Virus record (IMG/VR): IMGVR_UViG_3300020057_000035
Location: 32,001 to 96,000 of that record
Direction: 5' to 3' (one strand)
DNA: 64,000 nucleotides
Source: a virus
Both the position numbers and the translations under genes were made by a program. Positions 61,168-64,000 of the stretch are shown here, piece after piece. The notes under the pieces are model-generated. The model did not search any database, had not been told where the DNA came from, and saw only the letters and a list, made by a program, of their open reading frames with translations. Numbering within the stretch: position 1 is the stretch's first letter; each line of letters begins with the position of its first letter.

Positions 61168-62103
61168 TTATACCATAGCAGAGGCCCACTCCCACGCTTT
61201 AATTTTGTTTTTATATGCCTTTTCTATTTCTATTTTATTTAAATTCTGTACATCCCTACCTACTGGTAGTGGTAATATACTACACTCTATTCCTTTAAGC
61301 TCTTGTATTACTTTTTTTGTAGCCCTTATTCCCGGAGATTCTAGTTTTCCAGAAGACATCATTATAGGAACGTCATTATCTAAAGCCAATACTATTTCAG
61401 AAAATCTGCCCAATAATTTATTTTTCTGTATTCTAGATATATCTAATCCCATTAAAGCAATTGCTGGATACCCTAGTTGATTTAACCAAACAGCATTTAA
61501 TGGTCCTTCAACTACAAACGTCCATTTACTTGAAGGATCTACATGGTCTATTCCAAATAAATAATTACTTTTAATAAACCCAGTAGAAGTAATATATTTC
61601 ATTGGTTTACCTGTAATTGTTCTTGTTATTAATCCTACTAATCTACCGTCTTCTTTTACTGGTATAGCTATTCCATGTAGCTCTGGCTCATATCCTATTT
61701 GCCATTTTTTTGCTGTCTCAACAGTAAACCCTCTATCGAGAAAATATTTTGGTAGTTTATTTCTATCATAAAAGATTGGCTCTTGCTTTTTATAAACAAT
61801 CTCCGTCGGTGCTAACATATCAGCTAACGCTCTTGGATCACTTGCCACTTTCCAAAACAAATCTTTTCTTGCTTGCGCAAAAGATGTTTTATTAACTGTT
61901 GCTATTAATACAGCCAAGTCTTTATTGCCTCCACACCCAGACCAACATCTCCATTCTCCAGTATTAATATTTATAGAGAAACTAGGAGATTTATCATCAT
62001 GTAATGGGCACTTCGCTTTCATCCACCCTTGGTAATTTGAGTTTCCTTGTCTTATTCCCAGCGATCTTAATGTTTCTTGTACTATTGTCGGGCCATAGTT
62101 CAT
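61168..62103 (-). CDS. dnaG: DNA primase (CHC2 Zn finger plus TOPRIM)
   Basis: CPLHDDKSPSF...CWSGC; VVEG; LALDND. Confidence 0.9.
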   Translation of the reverse strand: MNYGPTIVQETLRSLGIRQGNSNYQGWMKAKCPLHDDKSPSFSININTGEWRCWSGCGGNKDLAVLIATVNKTSFAQARKDLFWKVASDPRALADMLAPTEIVYKKQEPIFYDRNKLPKYFLDRGFTVETAKKWQIGYEPELHGIAIPVKEDGRLVGLITRTITGKPMKYITSTGFIKSNYLFGIDHVDPSSKWTFVVEGPLNAVWLNQLGYPAIALMGLDISRIQKNKLLGRFSEIVLALDNDVPIMMSSGKLESPGIRATKKVIQELKGIECSILPLPVGRDVQNLNKIEIEKAYKNKIKAWEWASAMV

Positions 62104-62325
62104 TTATAATTTTTCCTTCCTTGAGTATGTTAATACTTTCTTTTATTTCTTTTATAGTATGAAGTAAGTCCTCATATTGATCCGTTAATTGTTTAATACT
62201 ATCTAAGTATTCTTTAATTAATAAACCGACAGCTATAGATTGTCCTTCAAAGTCTGTAAGAACTTTTTCTAAAAGAATCAGAGAAGCACTATGTGTATCT
62301 CTTGTAAACTCTACTGTTTCTATAT

Positions 62326-62868
62326 TTATGCTAATGCTTGATCTCCCCAACTAGAGAAATTTTCTGCTGTGTTCCTAGCAAAAAGCTCCAATCTCGGTTC
62401 TGGCGAAGAAGCTCTAATGTAATCGTACATCTGTGCTGGCTTCTTAGAATGAATATTTCTTTCTGCCATAATTACATTTGGTATATTATTTTGCGAAGTC
62501 ATTAATTTTCCTTTAACTCCAAATAAACATATCTCTGTAGAATTTCTAAAATATCTACCCATTCCTATTCTTACATTTCCGTTTTTTGCAGTTTTTACCC
62601 ACACTATGTTTGTTTTCGGAGTGAAGCCCCACGCTCTCATTACCTCAAAACCTAGTTCAAGGAAACTATTTGTTGTCCATAAATATAAATGAGCGTTTGG
62701 TGCCGTTATCTCACTTACTGGCATATTCACTATGTCTTGATTACTCATTACTCTATAATGTTTTTCCGCCCCTCTCCCGGGGCCGGGTAGTCGATCGGAA
62801 AATTGCCACGGACAATCGGCTAATATGGTTTTCCATCCTCCGTCTACAACAGGGAAAGGCTCACACAT
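62326..62868 (-). CDS. MT-A70-family adenine methyltransferase
   Basis: ILADCPW, HLYLWTTN, WVK, HSKKP, LELFAR, WGDQ. Confidence 0.92.
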   Translation of the reverse strand: MCEPFPVVDGGWKTILADCPWQFSDRLPGPGRGAEKHYRVMSNQDIVNMPVSEITAPNAHLYLWTTNSFLELGFEVMRAWGFTPKTNIVWVKTAKNGNVRIGMGRYFRNSTEICLFGVKGKLMTSQNNIPNVIMAERNIHSKKPAQMYDYIRASSPEPRLELFARNTAENFSSWGDQALA

Positions 62869-63255
62869 TTAAATACCCAACACCTTTCGTAAGTCTGGTT
62901 TTCTATAATTTGGACCTTTAAGGATCTTTCCATCACTTCTGACTATTGGTTTTCCATCGACATCTAGTTTTGAGAGATTGGATTTTTGAATTTCTAATAA
63001 AACAGCGCATAGATCTATTCCATGTGCTAATGCAGCGCCATACACAACATAGATTATATCTCCCATGGCGTCCGCCATCGCCGTGAGATCTCCTTCTTTT
63101 TCTGCATCTACATACTCTTGACATTCTTCTACAATAAGATCTACTCTTAGTTGTCTTTCTGGTATATCTAAGATTGGTGTAGATCTTATTAGATGATTGA
63201 ATACTACATGAAACTCTGTTACTAAATCCGTTGGATCAACTTTCATACAAAACAA
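62869..63255 (-). CDS. MazG-like/HisE-like NTP pyrophosphohydrolase
   Basis: LIVEECQE, ADAMGDIIYV, SNLSK, DGKILKGPNY. Confidence 0.9.
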   Translation of the reverse strand: MFCMKVDPTDLVTEFHVVFNHLIRSTPILDIPERQLRVDLIVEECQEYVDAEKEGDLTAMADAMGDIIYVVYGAALAHGIDLCAVLLEIQKSNLSKLDVDGKPIVRSDGKILKGPNYRKPDLRKVLGI

Positions 63256-63336
63256 CCTCTTTTATGTTCCATCTATCTTTAATTATTTTTCCATTTTTAA
63301 TTATTAAAATTGCTTTTTCTTCTTTATCTGAACTTC

Positions 63337-64000
63337 CTACCACTGTATTTCTCCTACTTCGTCTATTTCATCTTCAAAATCTGGCATTATTTGAAATATA
63401 TTTCCTGTATCTACATCAAAGTGTAAATATTGTTTAGTTAGGATTTGTTCTCCATCTCTGTGTTTAACCACTCTGAATATCCTTTGATCTTTTACTCCTC
63501 TTTTTGCGGCTAAAGATATTACTCTGTTTGCTGCTTCTGATAAACCCATGCCATATGCTTCTTGTCCTAGCTCTGCTGTTTCGTCTGCTGCTAGTACTGC
63601 TTCTCTTTTAACCTGAGATCCAGCTATAACAGTACACCCTTGATATTGAGCTAGCCCTTTAATTTGTTCTGCGGAAGATTTCATATTTTCCCAAGTTTTA
63701 CCCCCATTTGATATCAAATGAAATCCGTCTACAAAAACTAGATCTGGTTTATATTCTCGCATTAAGGAGGTAATATCATCAATAGTAAAAGCTCCTTTAT
63801 CCCCAGAGTCTCTAATAATAAAATCTTTTCTTCCTTTTGCTGCTATTTCTCTTAAATATTTTTCATATGCTTTTGGCTCTTGTGTTCCATTCCTAATTCC
63901 CCTGTTGGACAAGGTATATCCCATAAATCTACCTATAACTGGGTCTAGTCTCGCATTAATGTCACTTATTGTATTCTCTGGAGACATAAACAATACTTTA
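63337..64000 (-). CDS. dnaB: DnaB-like replicative helicase, C-terminal part (5' outside window)
   Basis: SPE, LVFVDGFHL, SQVKR, VKHRDG. Confidence 0.85.
   Translation of the reverse strand, partial: KVLFMSPENTISDINARLDPVIGRFMGYTLSNRGIRNGTQEPKAYEKYLREIAAKGRKDFIIRDSGDKGAFTIDDITSLMREYKPDLVFVDGFHLISNGGKTWENMKSSAEQIKGLAQYQGCTVIAGSQVKREAVLAADETAELGQEAYGMGLSEAANRVISLAAKRGVKDQRIFRVVKHRDGEQILTKQYLHFDVDTGNIFQIMPDFEDEIDEVGEIQW

Overview
AT-rich segment of a large tailed-phage genome with no structural genes in view. Genes run mostly on + up to ~34.3 kb and on - after that. It holds: (i) a promoter- and repeat-rich region with a decaying tRNA cluster (1-9.4 kb); (ii) nucleotide-metabolism and packaging genes (Rnl1 RNA ligase, thioredoxin, ThyX, class II RNR with three inteins, TerL with an intein, dNMP kinase, TnpB, several intact and broken DNA methyltransferases); (iii) a - strand arm with membrane/lysis-like genes, tRNAs, PNKP, SufB (intein), an IscA/ErpA-type carrier and a replication/recombination block (RuvC, RNase HII, macrodomain, intein-containing metallophosphoesterase, Cas4-like nuclease, RecA, SSB-like, sigma-like, primase, DnaB). 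About 14 intact-looking tRNAs were found by eye. Highlights: a DRB0094-family RNA ligase fractured into two separately promoted genes 5.2 kb apart and carrying the two halves of a split intein; a methyltransferase whose catalytic motif is followed by a stop and a 10-nt gap covered by a long-range RNA helix (candidate translational bypass or mini-intron); a catalytically dead stand-alone Hint protein right after terL; an HNH plus tRNA-Arg cassette inserted in the anticodon of a D-armless tRNA-like gene; a GC-rich domain grafted in frame into the RNR; captured host DNA with tRNA-Val; and dispersed IS200/IS605-type end hairpins. All family calls come from motif recognition by eye; no searches were run.
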